DNA from: Octopus sinensis
Lineage: Eukaryota
Direction: 5' to 3'
DNA length: 64,000 nucleotides
Assembly (NCBI RefSeq): GCF_006345805.1
Contig: NC_043000.1
Location: forward strand, 156,302,001 to 156,366,000
The position numbers were made by a program, and so were the translations under genes. Below are positions 38,002 to 46,251 of the stretch, piece after piece. The notes beneath the pieces were generated by a model. That model searched no databases. It had not been told where the DNA came from and saw only the letters and a program-made list of their open reading frames with translations. Numbering within the stretch: position 1 is the first letter of the stretch; each line of letters starts with the position of its first letter.

Positions 38002-41000
38002 CATCATCATATATTATCATCTCATTCATGACATTTGACTTATTTTTCATAATGGGCATTTTATTTTAGTGCTTCTTTCTACTATAGACACAAAGCCTGG
38101 AATTTTGGGAAGGGGTCCCACTTCATGACTGGTACCTATTTCATTGATCCTTAAAGGATGAATGTCGACCTAAGTGGAATTTGAACTCAGAATGCAAAGC
38201 CGGAAGAAATACCTTTAAGCATTTTGTCTGGAATGCTAATGACTCTGCCCTCTTGTTGCCTTTCATCTAGCTCTAATGATAAAGAGAGAATAAAAATAAA
38301 TAAGGCTTGAACTTGCAACCCACTAATATCAGTAATCTTGAATCTCACTGTAGCTCTAATTACTGTATTTGTTGTGAATGTCTATTCAGTGTTTTAGATG
38401 TAATATTCTTGTTTTTAAGGTTGCCTTCTTTAACAACTATCTGCTTGACTCCAAACGACCTCAGTTGCCTGAACATCCTGGGACCAAACAGCCAGGCTCT
38501 AGTGGCACTACAACTGGCCAACGAGACAGCTTGTTGGGGCCAGGTAATGCCTTTCAAGCAATTCCTCAGATGCTGGCTTACAACCAGCCAAGACCACCTT
38601 TACTCTACGGAGGTAAGTGTGTTTATTGTTTTACTTTGTTATTTTTGTGGTTGTTGAGTTGCAGACTAATGGCCTTATAACCTGTAGCGTTATTCCTCGA
38701 CATTCGGAATTTCAATCCTCTATGGGAGAACTTTGTATTTCTACCCACTACTAATTTTAAAACAAGTACTTGTAATATATTGTATAAGTTCATATAAAAC
38801 ATATTTTGTCATCAAAATCAGTATTAAATTTCATTTCAACCTACCCACTTTTATCAGGAATAAACACAAGTCTGTAATAAAGATTTATTTATTTTTTTAC
38901 ATGCCACCGGCACGGGGCCAGGCGAGGCTGGTTCGTGGCCGTTGCCAGCTTCACCTGGCCCCGTGCCGGTGGCACGTAAAAAGCACCATCCGTCCGTGGC
39001 CGTTTGCCAGCTCTGTCTGGCACCTGTAAGGGTGGCACGTAAAAAGCACCCACTACACTCACAGTGTGGTTGGCGTTAGGAAGGGCATCCAGCCGTAGAA
39101 ACACTGCCAGATCAGACTGGGCCTGATGCAGCCTTCTGGCTTCACAGACTCCAGTTGAACCGTCCAACCCATGCTAGCATGGAAAGTGGACGCTAAATGA
39201 TGATGATGATGATGGGAAAGCCTCCTTTTTTTTGTCGAGGGCTTATATGCCCCATTATTAGACTATTTTCCTTAGTCATTTGCACGGTGGTTGTTATAGG
39301 CTTTAAGCTTATAAAAAAATACCATTATATATATATATATATATTTAAATCTGATACTACATATAACTTGCAGTGTTGTGTAAGTGCCACAAGAGTACAT
39401 AATCTTCTATAATCCTATATATTAATTTAAAAAAAAAAAAATTTTATATAGTATATTGCCATTTAAAAAGCACTCAGTCCACTGGTTGGTGTTAGGAAAG
39501 GCATCCAGCCATAAAAACCATGCCAAAACAGACACGGAAGTCTGGTGCAGTCTTCTGCCTGGCCACACCCTGTCAAACTGTCCAACCCATGGCAGCAGGA
39601 CATTAAATGATAGTGATGATATATATATATATAACTGGATTTGGTAGACAGAAACCTCTGGCGTTAGGAAGGGCATCCAGCTGTAGAAACGTTGCCAGAT
39701 AAGACTGGAGCCTGGTGCAGCCTTCTGGCTTCCCAGATCCCCGGTCGAACCGTCCAACCCATGCTAGCATGGAGAACGGACGTTAAACGATGATGATGAT
39801 GATATATATATATATATATATATATACATGTGCTGATGGCACATAAAAAGTTCCCACTTCATTTCCAGAGTGGTTGGCATTAGGAAGGGCATACAGCTGT
39901 AGAAACCATGCCAGATCAGATTGAAGCCTGGTGCAGCCTCCTGGCTTGCCAGTCTCCAGTTAAACCATTCAACCCATGCCAGCATGGAAAGTGGATGTTA
40001 ATTGATGATGATGATGATGTATTTGTGTGTTTGTCCCCACCACCAATGCTTGTTAACCGATGCTGGTGTGTTTATGTCCACAAAACTTAGTGCTTTGGCA
40101 AAAGTGACTGATAGAATAAGTACTAGGCTTACAAAGAATAAGTCCTGGGGTCAATTTGTAAAACTAAAGACGGTGCTCCAGCAAGGCCACAGTGAAATAG
40201 CTGAAACAAGTAAAACTAAAAGAATAAATATAGAGATGTACTTGCATAGCAAGTGATTTGATCTGAGATCGTGTGCTGAAATGAAAACAATTGCAGCGTG
40301 GAAGGTGTTTGTAAGCGATTTAAGAAACACACAAAAGCCGTTCGATTCACTTCAACATTTAAGTTTAATTTGTCAAAATATTTTCGTCGCTTTAAGACCG
40401 GATTTTTGTCAGTGAACAGGTCGCGGATTTTAGCGACGAAAATATTTTGACAAATCAAATTTAAATGTCGAAGTGAATCGAACGGCTTTTGTGTGTTTCT
40501 TAAATGGCTTACAAACACCTTCCACGCTGCAATAATAAATATAGATTTATATATATTTTACAACAAAAATTTTATATCTTGATCATTGGTCATTGAGTTA
40601 TCTACGTTGCAGATGTGGGGAAATTAATTGATCATCCAGGCTCTGTATATTAATGGAAGTGGCTGTTGCAAGGTCTGCATCGTGGAGAGAGCCACAATTC
40701 TTAAGGACTATAAGAATCCTGGCACATCAAACAGCCGTAAAGAAGTGTTTTCTAAATGTATCCACTTCAAGCGTTACTTGCTGGAAAATTGGATCTTCCC
40801 GTTTGCTAGTTAGGCCTCTTCGGGTCTATAAGCGTACTCTGATTCAGGGGAGATAACCCGTCTTTAACGTATTTTGCTAAGACGTATACCTTGAGCTCTA
40901 AGCGCTTCCTCACGTCTGTGACGTAGGTGTTTTAAATTTTGTATTTATAGAGAGACTGACGAGCTGCCCGCAAGGCTTTGCTTTGTGGATGCGAAACCTT

Positions 41001-41490
41001 GGGTCACTCTATGTCCAAGATATAAAGTTTCTGTTGAAATGATTACTGGTCTATTCTTTAGAGTGTGCTTCTTTCTGTTGTGTTTTTAATTAACTATATA
41101 TATATATATATATAAATGGGATGGGAAGCACTCCGTCGGTTACGACGACGAGGGTTCCGGTTGATCCGAATCAACGGAACAGCCTGCTCGTGAAATTAAC
41201 ATGTAAGTGGCTGAGCACTCCACAGACACGTGTACCCTTAACGTAGTTCTCGGGGATATTCAGCGTGACACAGAGAGTGACAAGGCCGGCCCTTTGAAAT
41301 ACAGGTACAACAGAAACAGGAAGTAAGAGTGAGAGAAAGTTGTGGTGAAAGAGTACAGCAGGGATCACCACCATCCCCTGCCGGAGCCTCGTGGAGCTTT
41401 AGGTGTTTTCGCTCAATAAACACTCACAACGCCCGGTCTGGGAATCGAAACCGCGAGTCCTCTGCCCTAACCACTGGGCCATTGCGTCTC

Positions 41491-41543
<53 letters not shown>

Positions 41544-43803
41544 AGAATTCACAAAAAAAAAAACAAAAGACGAAGACAGGTGGTGAAGAAAACAAACAGA
41601 TGTATTAGTATAATGCTCGGGAATTGAAAAAGTCTAACTATATATCTGATTTTTCACACAAATAGCATATAATACATATTGACTCTCTTGAGATAAAATT
41701 TAAAAAGAACTAATGTATAGGATTGTTGTAGATTATGTATTCTGTGGCACTTTATGAATTTTCAAGACAATTTAGGTAATGAGCTTTTATGATACCCATC
41801 TTAATCCAATCAACTATATCTCTTTCTCTGCATGTTTGGAGTACTGATGGAGATGAAATAGTTTGCTGGTCAGTGCTTTTGTGTTGTTTCTATGATGTAG
41901 AGTATTTTCTTTGTCAGTGGTAATTGAGTAGCAAAGAATGGTTGTCAGGTGTGTCAATAGATGTGTGTGTGTAAAATTTTGTTATTTTTTGAGTAAGGTT
42001 TATGAGTAATATATTATTTGTTGTTTAGCTTCAGATCAGCTGTGGTTGAGCAAACTTATGACTACAAAAAAAAAAAAAAAAAATTCCAGTAGTGACCATC
42101 CTGTCATTTTTCTAAGTGTATCTAGGACTGCATTATCTGACAAGTATTTCCTTTTTAAGGAGTCTGATCAGAGGGAGATTTGTTGCTGTTTTCCAGCATG
42201 TCTAGCAACCATATAGAGGTTCCTTAGTTTAGTGGCTGAATGCAGTGGTCTGAATTCATGTAAGTCAGTTCTGTAAAGAAGGAGCCTTTGTAGGATTTTT
42301 GTTGTTCAACTTTGGTTGGGTTCTTGTTACATTCATTTACATTTTGTGTTCAAATTCCATTGAGTTCAGTTTTGCCTTCTACCCTACTGGAGGGGTTGAT
42401 CACATAGAATTGATCAGTTACTGGAGATAATTGACAGGTACATCAAAGTAACCATTTCAGTTAACCAACTAATGTTGATACAAAAACAAAACTTAAGAAA
42501 TACAACCATCTTGAAATAAACTGAAATTTATTATGAAATCCACCACAAAAAAAATGTAAGAAAAATCTTATAGGATCTTTTAGATTCTTTTTTATTTACC
42601 TCTTATTGTGAAGTACTTATTTTCAAACACCTGCTTTAATCATTAGCTTTCTGTTCTTCTTCACAAGTTGTTTATATATCCTTATTTTGTAGCACCACCT
42701 ACTCCATATGTTGCTTCCAATTATGGTAGAGACAACTATCGACTTGATTATAGACGAGGGGGCATTGGAAATGTTGGTATGGGACATATGAAACCATACA
42801 GGTAAGTAGTCTTCATTAATTCCATCTCTTCTCTTTGGGCAAACATGGACCAATGTAAGAGATTTTGTTTATGCTGCATAACCTTTATATGATGAATGTT
42901 GGCAAATCAAATTTGCAATTCCATTTCAATTCCCATTGATAGCTACTTCATTAACCCTTTTGTATTTAAACTGACCACATCAGGCCCAAGTATGCTACTC
43001 ATTTTATGTTCAAAATAGCCAGATCTGTTCTCTCACTCCTACCCTACAGTGTCGTTTTAAAAATAAACAATTACATAATCAAAATCTCAAAATCTATGAC
43101 ATAATGCAGGATTAATTCAAAGCAATATGAATAAATATTACATTTGACAAAATAATTTGAATTCCAGAGTTAATGCCCTTGTGGATTGTATGACCATCAC
43201 TACTTACTGAAGTTAATAGTTTTGATTGAGTGTCAATCAGTGTTTTGTTCAGTTGTAACAGACCAGAAAAAATTGGCAGTCCTTGTAGTCTCTGTAGATA
43301 TGTTTTACAGTTTATTCAAGGCAAGAAATTTAACAAATACCAGTTGGTGAATAGCGCTGCCTTGACTGGCTTCCGTGCCGGTGGCATGTAAAAAGTACTA
43401 ACCGATTGTTGCCAGCCTCACCTGGCACCTGTGCCGGTGGCACGTAAAAAGCACCCACTACACTCACGGAGTGGTTGGCGTTAGGAAAGGCATCCAGCTG
43501 TAGAAACATTGCCAGATCAGACTGGAGCTTGGTGCAGCCTCCTGGCTTCCCAGACCCTGGTCGAACTGTCCAACCCATGCCAGCATGGAAAACGGACGTT
43601 AAACGATGATTATAAACCCTGTTGTATGGTTTAGTCTTTCAAATTCACAATACTAAAGATGATTTTGTTTTCCTTTTATGACTTGTTATTCTGTTGAACT
43701 AATTAGCATTCTTATCTTTTTCTTTCATCCTAGACGTTCTGATCCAAGAAGCATCATAGAATATCGAGATCTTGACGCACCAGAAGACGTGGACATATTC
43801 TAA
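2109..43803 (+). CDS. SRRT: Serrate RNA effector molecule homolog (Ars2), multi-exon gene, 5' exons upstream of the window; join(2109-2282,10118-10287,11424-11550,12714-12813,15168-15275,17361-17475,19316-19459,20799-20941,23419-23559,25875-26066,27270-27360,29765-29844,31587-31737,35120-35228,35954-36107,38420-38612,42693-42801,43734-43803)
   Basis: 18 exons join with consistent phases (2371 nt = 1 nt + 790 codons including the stop). Hallmark Ars2 motifs: HKDEEWF.KYHP, RRM (SIFLRNLAP...[11 protein letters not shown]), [12 protein letters not shown]...[12 protein letters not shown], zinc finger [26 protein letters not shown]-terminal [13 protein letters not shown]. Confidence 0.96.
3095..3291. 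mobile_element. hAT-type MITE
   Basis: TIRs CAGTGCTTTTCAA / TTGAAAACCACTG; perfect 8-bp TSD ATCTATAG. Confidence 0.9.
4050..4436 (-). mobile_element. tRNA-derived SINE family D
   Basis: Minus-strand head GTGGAGGCGCAATGGCCCAGTGG...GGTTTCGATTCC; TSD GTCACATGCCT; near-identical copies at 27743-28104 and ~41124-41491. Confidence 0.88.
4810..4959 (-). mobile_element. 5'-truncated LINE 3' end with (TGA)n tail
   Basis: TSD TGGCCTATC; second copy in the opposite orientation at ~55020-55175. Confidence 0.7.
5466..5930 (-). mobile_element. Family C repeat (3' UTR of an RTE-clade LINE) with ~55-60-bp tandem subrepeats
   Basis: (CAT)n end, GGATGCCCTTCC.AACGCCAACCAC motif, repeated GGTGCTTTTTACGTGCCAC units; about 14 copies (e.g. 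11027, 21770, 22855, 31905, 34350, 36225, 37679, 38893, 43350, 48617, 55330). Confidence 0.8.
9040..9360. repeat. (TA)/(TG)/(TATG) compound microsatellite
   Basis: Direct reading. Confidence 0.9.
9358..9692. mobile_element. Small element with ~60-bp inverted arms beside a TA tract (Penelope-like architecture)
   Basis: 9358-9422 is the reverse complement of ~9586-9655. Confidence 0.5.
10118..10287 (+). CDS. SRRT: Ars2 exon (FKYKYHPEE...LIKLLDA)
   Basis: caacAG acceptor, G|GTGGGT donor; phase 2 to 1 matches its neighbours. Confidence 0.93.
10346..10745 (-). mobile_element. CR1/L2-group LINE 3' fragment
   Basis: Reverse complement resembles the 3' half of the element at 53640-54170; (AACT)n tail. 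Confidence 0.75.
11424..11550 (+). CDS. SRRT: Ars2 exon ([20 protein letters not shown]...TTEK)
   Basis: ttttgtAG / GTAAGT; conserved AVIK.EGG motif. Confidence 0.92.
12140..12657 (-). mobile_element. SINE family A with a ~100-bp insert in its TA tract
   Basis: Family A sequence; non-family sequence at ~12357-12459 between TA runs. Confidence 0.8.
12714..12813 (+). CDS. SRRT: Ars2 exon, K/E/D-rich linker (KTEEPAKTT...EKKDD)
   Basis: tttcAG / GTAAGT; open, phase 2 to 0. Confidence 0.85.
12970..13390 (-). mobile_element. SINE family A
   Basis: Full-length copy. Confidence 0.85.
13960..14580 (-). mobile_element. Degenerate RTE-clade LINE, AP-endonuclease region
   Basis: Minus-strand remnants [33 protein letters not shown]...KIDYIL with frameshifts. 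Confidence 0.7.
15168..15275 (+). CDS. SRRT: Ars2 exon, linker ([10 protein letters not shown]...TPSET), symmetric phase 0-0
   Basis: ttttgtAG / GTAAGT, 108 nt open, purine-rich; not required for frame. Confidence 0.7.
15727..16350 (-). mobile_element. RTE-clade LINE 3' fragment: ORF C-terminus + family C 3' UTR
   Basis: Minus-strand [35 protein letters not shown] contiguous with family C sequence. Confidence 0.8.
17361..17475 (+). CDS. SRRT: Ars2 exon ([14 protein letters not shown]...EPAPP), basic NLS-like patch
   Basis: Long pyrimidine tract + cAG; G|GTGAGT donor. Confidence 0.88.
18516..18734. mobile_element. hAT-type MITE (same family as 3095)
   Basis: TIRs CAGTGGTTTTCAA / TTGAAAAGCACTG; 8-bp TSD GTCTTACC/GCCTTACC. 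Confidence 0.88.
19316..19459 (+). CDS. SRRT: Ars2 exon, acidic linker (GVDDPDAA...EEEEEEE...KESKS)
   Basis: tttttctgtAG / G|GTATGT; phase 1-1. Confidence 0.87.
19511..19780. mobile_element. Palindromic retroelement fragment (same family as 29971-30391)
   Basis: ~100-bp inverted arms 19573-19672 / 19682-19781; TSD CAACTTAATT. Confidence 0.75.
20080..20472 (-). mobile_element. SINE family B, partial tandem dimer
   Basis: Two consecutive copies of the family B body. Confidence 0.8.
20799..20941 (+). CDS. SRRT: Ars2 exon (DEKDKD...[26 protein letters not shown]), RRM start
   Basis: tttAG / GTGAGT; conserved RRM sequence. Confidence 0.95.
21096..21397 (+). mobile_element. Non-autonomous Helitron
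   Basis: A|TC start, CCCG...CGGG hairpin then CTAG|T end, no TSD; splits a degenerate family C copy. Confidence 0.85.
23419..23559 (+). CDS. SRRT: Ars2 exon ([13 protein letters not shown]...ICWNLNNIR), RRM
   Basis: ttttttAG / GTAAGT; highly conserved. Confidence 0.96.
23740..24166 (-). mobile_element. SINE family A
   Basis: Full-length copy. Confidence 0.85.
24348..25112 (-). mobile_element. CR1/L2-group LINE 3' fragment (post-RT ORF2 C-terminus)
   Basis: ORF 24504-25067 [20 protein letters not shown]...[13 protein letters not shown]...RGH...[14 protein letters not shown]; (ATT)n tail; another copy at ~56040-56578 (+). Confidence 0.9.
25369..25790 (+). mobile_element. SINE family A
   Basis: Full-length copy ending about 85 bp before an Ars2 acceptor. 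Confidence 0.85.
25875..26066 (+). CDS. SRRT: Ars2 exon ([19 protein letters not shown]...KKDLEK)
   Basis: tttttcAG / AG|GTAATG. Confidence 0.95.
26311..26745. mobile_element. tRNA-head + hammerhead element, inverted dimer
   Basis: Divergent copies around ~26500; B-box GAGTTCGATTCC; CTGATGA...GAAA core at 26625-26656; flanking GTAGTATA repeat. Confidence 0.75.
27270..27360 (+). CDS. SRRT: Ars2 exon ([30 protein letters not shown]), GC donor
   Basis: ttccAG acceptor; G|GCAAGT donor needed for the phase-1 junction with 29765. Confidence 0.9.
27743..28104 (-). mobile_element. SINE family D
   Basis: 12-bp TSD GATGAAAGTAGT. Confidence 0.88.
28362..29730 (-). mobile_element. Non-autonomous Helitron interrupted by two SINE A copies (~28451-28865, ~29327-29718)
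   Basis: A|CTAGCAGTATAACCCGGCGTTGCTCGGG 3' end; the 5' end TC(TA)nAAGCTGAAGTTG is rebuilt after removing the second SINE. Confidence 0.75.
29765..29844 (+). CDS. SRRT: Ars2 exon (GGTIEDKDK...[11 protein letters not shown])
   Basis: tttAG / GTAAGT; matches the ERDEKLIK-type segment of Ars2. Confidence 0.88.
29971..30391. mobile_element. Palindromic Penelope-type element with a central hammerhead fold
   Basis: ~160-bp inverted arms 30030-30188 / 30214-30390; TSD ATATTTATTTC; hammerhead fold 30187-30233. Confidence 0.75.
30891..31284 (+). mobile_element. Non-autonomous Helitron
   Basis: A|TC...hairpin...CTAG|T; same family as 21096. Confidence 0.85.
31587..31737 (+). CDS. SRRT: Ars2 exon ([18 protein letters not shown]...[11 protein letters not shown]...ND)
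   Basis: caacAG / G|GTATGT; conserved. Confidence 0.96.
33527..33930 (+). mobile_element. SINE family A
   Basis: Near full-length copy. Confidence 0.85.
35120..35228 (+). CDS. SRRT: Ars2 exon ([12 protein letters not shown]...LGRKDPN), followed by a U12-type donor
   Basis: ttcAG acceptor; GC|GTATCCTTT donor. Confidence 0.93.
35229..35953 (+). other. U12-type (minor spliceosome) GT-AG intron
   Basis: 5' site GTATCCTTT (35229-35237); branch TTCCTTAAT (35931-35939) 14 nt before the exon; no pyrimidine tract; phase 2. Confidence 0.9.
35954..36107 (+). CDS. SRRT: Ars2 exon, zinc finger ([41 protein letters not shown]...KKE)
   Basis: U12-type branch site + cAG; AG|GTAGGT donor; closely matches the vertebrate Ars2 zinc-finger segment as I recall it. 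Confidence 0.97.
36903..37276 (-). mobile_element. Non-autonomous Helitron (shared 3' end, different interior)
   Basis: A|CTAGCAGTATCGCCCGGCGTTGCTCGGG; other end GAGAGA|T. Confidence 0.78.
38420..38612 (+). CDS. SRRT: Ars2 exon ([18 protein letters not shown]...PLLYG)
   Basis: tttttaAG / G|GTAAGT; conserved FFNN..D.KRP.LPE. Confidence 0.93.
40235..40533. mobile_element. Palindromic Penelope-type element with a variant hammerhead
   Basis: ~100-bp inverted arms; 12-bp TSD AATAAATATAGA (40223-40234 / 40534-40545). Confidence 0.78.
40405..40454 (+). ncRNA. Type I hammerhead-like motif, G3-C8 core variant
   Basis: Stem I TTTGTCA/TGACAAA, core GTGAACA, stem II GTCGC/GCGAC, GAAA, palindromic stem III AATATT. 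Confidence 0.6.
40580..41095 (+). mobile_element. Penelope-like retroelement 3' fragment (GIY-YIG endonuclease C-terminus + 3' repeat)
   Basis: Peptide [19 protein letters not shown]...[18 protein letters not shown] resembles the CxxC...LNxRxE...CxH tail of PLE endonucleases; hammerhead downstream; abuts a (TA)n tract. Confidence 0.7.
40947..41012 (+). ncRNA. Type I hammerhead ribozyme motif
   Basis: CTGACGA 40956-40962, long stem II, GAAA 40993-40996, stem III ACC/GGT, GTC at 41003-41005, stem I AGAG/CTCT with an A-A first position. Confidence 0.7.
41124..41491 (-). mobile_element. SINE family D
   Basis: Near-identical to 4050-4436. Confidence 0.85.
42693..42801 (+). CDS. SRRT: Ars2 exon, P/Y/G/R-rich tail ([14 protein letters not shown]...MKPY)
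   Basis: ttttgtAG / AG|GTAAGT; phase 1 to 2 bridges its neighbours. Confidence 0.85.
43734..43803 (+). CDS. SRRT: Ars2 last coding exon ([23 protein letters not shown]), CBC-binding C-terminus
   Basis: Pyrimidine tract + ctAG; TAA at 43801-43803; conserved terminal motif. Confidence 0.96.
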
Positions 43804-44276
43804 ATAAGATACATTTTTAGCTTTAAACATTTTTTTAATGGAGACATTTTTTTTATTTATTTTATTAAATTTTTTTTTCTCTAACTTCACTCATATCCTC
43901 TCTTTCTCTCTCCCTCTCTCTCTCTCTCTTTATCATAATTATATTTTTCATAATTTTATTACCTCTTCACATTTTTTCTACTCTTTTGCCATAAATGTTT
44001 TATTTCTGTATGTCTGACTGCCTGTCCATCTGTCCCCCCCCCATTCCCTTTGTTTCCTTGGATATCTTCCAGTGTGCCTACGCATTTGCATTCAGCAAGC
44101 TAGCGTGGATGGTCGTGGTAGGGACGGTCGTGGTGACAGCGATCGGGTGGTGACGGGAGCTGTGTTTGTTTTGGCAGTTCATTGGTGGTGATGTTGGTAG
44201 CAATGTTGGTGTTAGTATTGGCAGCTAAAACAGTGGTGAAGGTAATAGTTGTATTTTGGTAGTTCAAAGCCAGTGA

Positions 44277-44307
<31 letters not shown>

Positions 44308-44935
44308 CAACTGCTGCTGTTGTGATAGTCATAGTTGTAGCAGTGGTGAAAGAAGTGATTATGTTGATTGTGGTTGTGGTAATGATGTTGATGGTGGCAA
44401 TGGCTGTTATGATATTGGTTATTGTGAGAGGTGTGTTTTTTGAAGATGTGTGGTTAAAGTATTAGGTCCTTGTCCATACAGTGAAGATCTCAAAACTTGT
44501 ACTTTCCCCCTGTGTGTGACTACATTTAAGCAAGGCAGCACAAAACACTACTTGCACCAATACACCCGACTGACAAAGCTGTTTCCACTCTTACTGGGGT
44601 TGGGTGGTTGTGTATTCCAACTAGCAGCAAGGACCTTTTGATCCACCAATATACAAATGTCTCAGTTTTCACACCCCTGCTCTTTCTCTGTACCATCCTC
44701 CCCTCTCACTTGATTTTGATTTTTTTGAGAACCAGCTGTGTCTGTACGTGTAAAGCTGTAATAATGCAATCAAGCGCTTGTCCCATCTTTCTTCATCCTC
44801 TCTTACTCTACCCATCTTCTGACTTTGCCTAATGTACTGCATTCCTTTGACATTCCATCAGTGATGCCCTGAAGTACTAAGTGACGTTGTCGGTGGGTGT
44901 AGTGTCGGTGGTGGCAGAGACAAAAGCAATAGCAA

Positions 44936-44941
44936 AATAAA
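44936..44941 (+). terminator. Candidate polyadenylation signal of Ars2
   Basis: AATAAA about 1.1 kb after the stop, followed by TG/T-rich sequence and then repeats. Confidence 0.45.
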
Positions 44942-45051
44942 GACATTTATCTATGGCAAATGTGTTATTAGTATTTTTTCCTTCTGTTATTGTTTCATTT
45001 TCAGCTCTTTCATCTTTTCAGTTCTCTAATCTCACCTCATACTCATTTGTT

Positions 45052-45055
45052 TATA

Positions 45056-45089
<34 letters not shown>

Positions 45090-46060
45090 CATTGTGTACA
45101 GTGCTCAGGTGCACTACAACTCATCTAAAGTGTATATATAATCAGGTGTAGTTTCGGCGGATTTCGGAAAGCATGAGGGCCTTAAAGGATGCAGTGTCAT
45201 GGCAGTCAACAACTGACACAGGCAGTTTATTCCATGCTTCAGCAACTCTGAGCGTGAAAAAATGTTTCCGAAAGTCATGTGAACCAACAAGAGAGCCTTA
45301 TTTACATTATTTACATTCGACAAATATTTGTCCTCATCTTGTTTGTTGTTAACACAACATTTCGGCTGATGTACCCTCCAGCCTTCTTTAGGTGTCTTGG
45401 GGAAATTTCGAACCTGGGTTCTCATTCCTAAGGTATTTTTCGATGTTGTTGTTGTTATTATTATTGTTGTTCAGGTCACTGCTTGGAATCGAACTCGGAA
45501 TCTTGGGGTTAGTAGCCCGAGCTCTTAACCACTACGCCATATGCCCGTGGGCATTATTAATAATAATATAATAATAATAATAATAAAACATTGTGTACAG
45601 TGCTCAGGTGCACTACAACTCATCTAAAGTGTATATATAATCAGGTGTAGTTTCGGCGGATTTCGGAAAGCATGAGGGCCTTAAAGGATGCAGTGTCATG
45701 GCAGTCAACAACTGACACAGGCAGTTTATTCCATGCTTCAGCAACTCTGAGCGTGAAAAAATGTTTCCGAAAGTCATGTGAACCAACAAGAGAGCCTTAT
45801 TTACATTATTTACATTCGACAAATATTTGTCCTCATCTTGTTTGTTGTTAACACAACATTTCGGCTGATGTACCCTCCAGCCTTCTTTAGGTGTCTTGGG
45901 GAAATTTCGAACCTGGGTTCTCATTCCTAAGGTATTCTTCGATGTTGTTGTTGTTATTATTATTGTTGTTCAGGTCACTGCTTGGAATCGAACTCGGAAT
46001 CTTGGGGTTAGTAGCCCGAGCTCTTAACCACTACGCCATATGCCCGTGGGCATTATTAAT
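45052..46060. repeat. 499-bp near-perfect tandem duplication (CR1-group LINE 3' end + tRNA/hammerhead element)
   Basis: Identical ORFs at 45114 and 45613 (offset 499); units joined in (AAT)n tracts. Confidence 0.9.
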
Positions 46061-46251
46061 AATAATAATAATAACAACATCGAAGAATACCTTGGGAATG
46101 AGAACCCAGGTTCGAAATTTCCCCAAGACACCTGAAGAAGGCTGGAGGGTACATCAGCCGAAATGTTGTGTTAACAACAAACAAGATGAGGACAAATATT
46201 TGTCGAATGTAAATAATGTAAATAATTCCTCATCTCTTAAGTATAAAACTG
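45800..46251. mobile_element. tRNA-head + hammerhead element, inverted dimer
   Basis: TSD AAGAGAGCCTTA; minus copy with the full tRNA-like head, plus copy with CTGAAGA (46132-46138)...GAAA (46160-46163). Confidence 0.8.

Noticed and set aside
45473-45546. Possible tRNA gene
   Set aside because: A/B boxes are present but the acceptor and T stems are imperfect and it lies inside a dispersed repeat, as do the other SINE heads.
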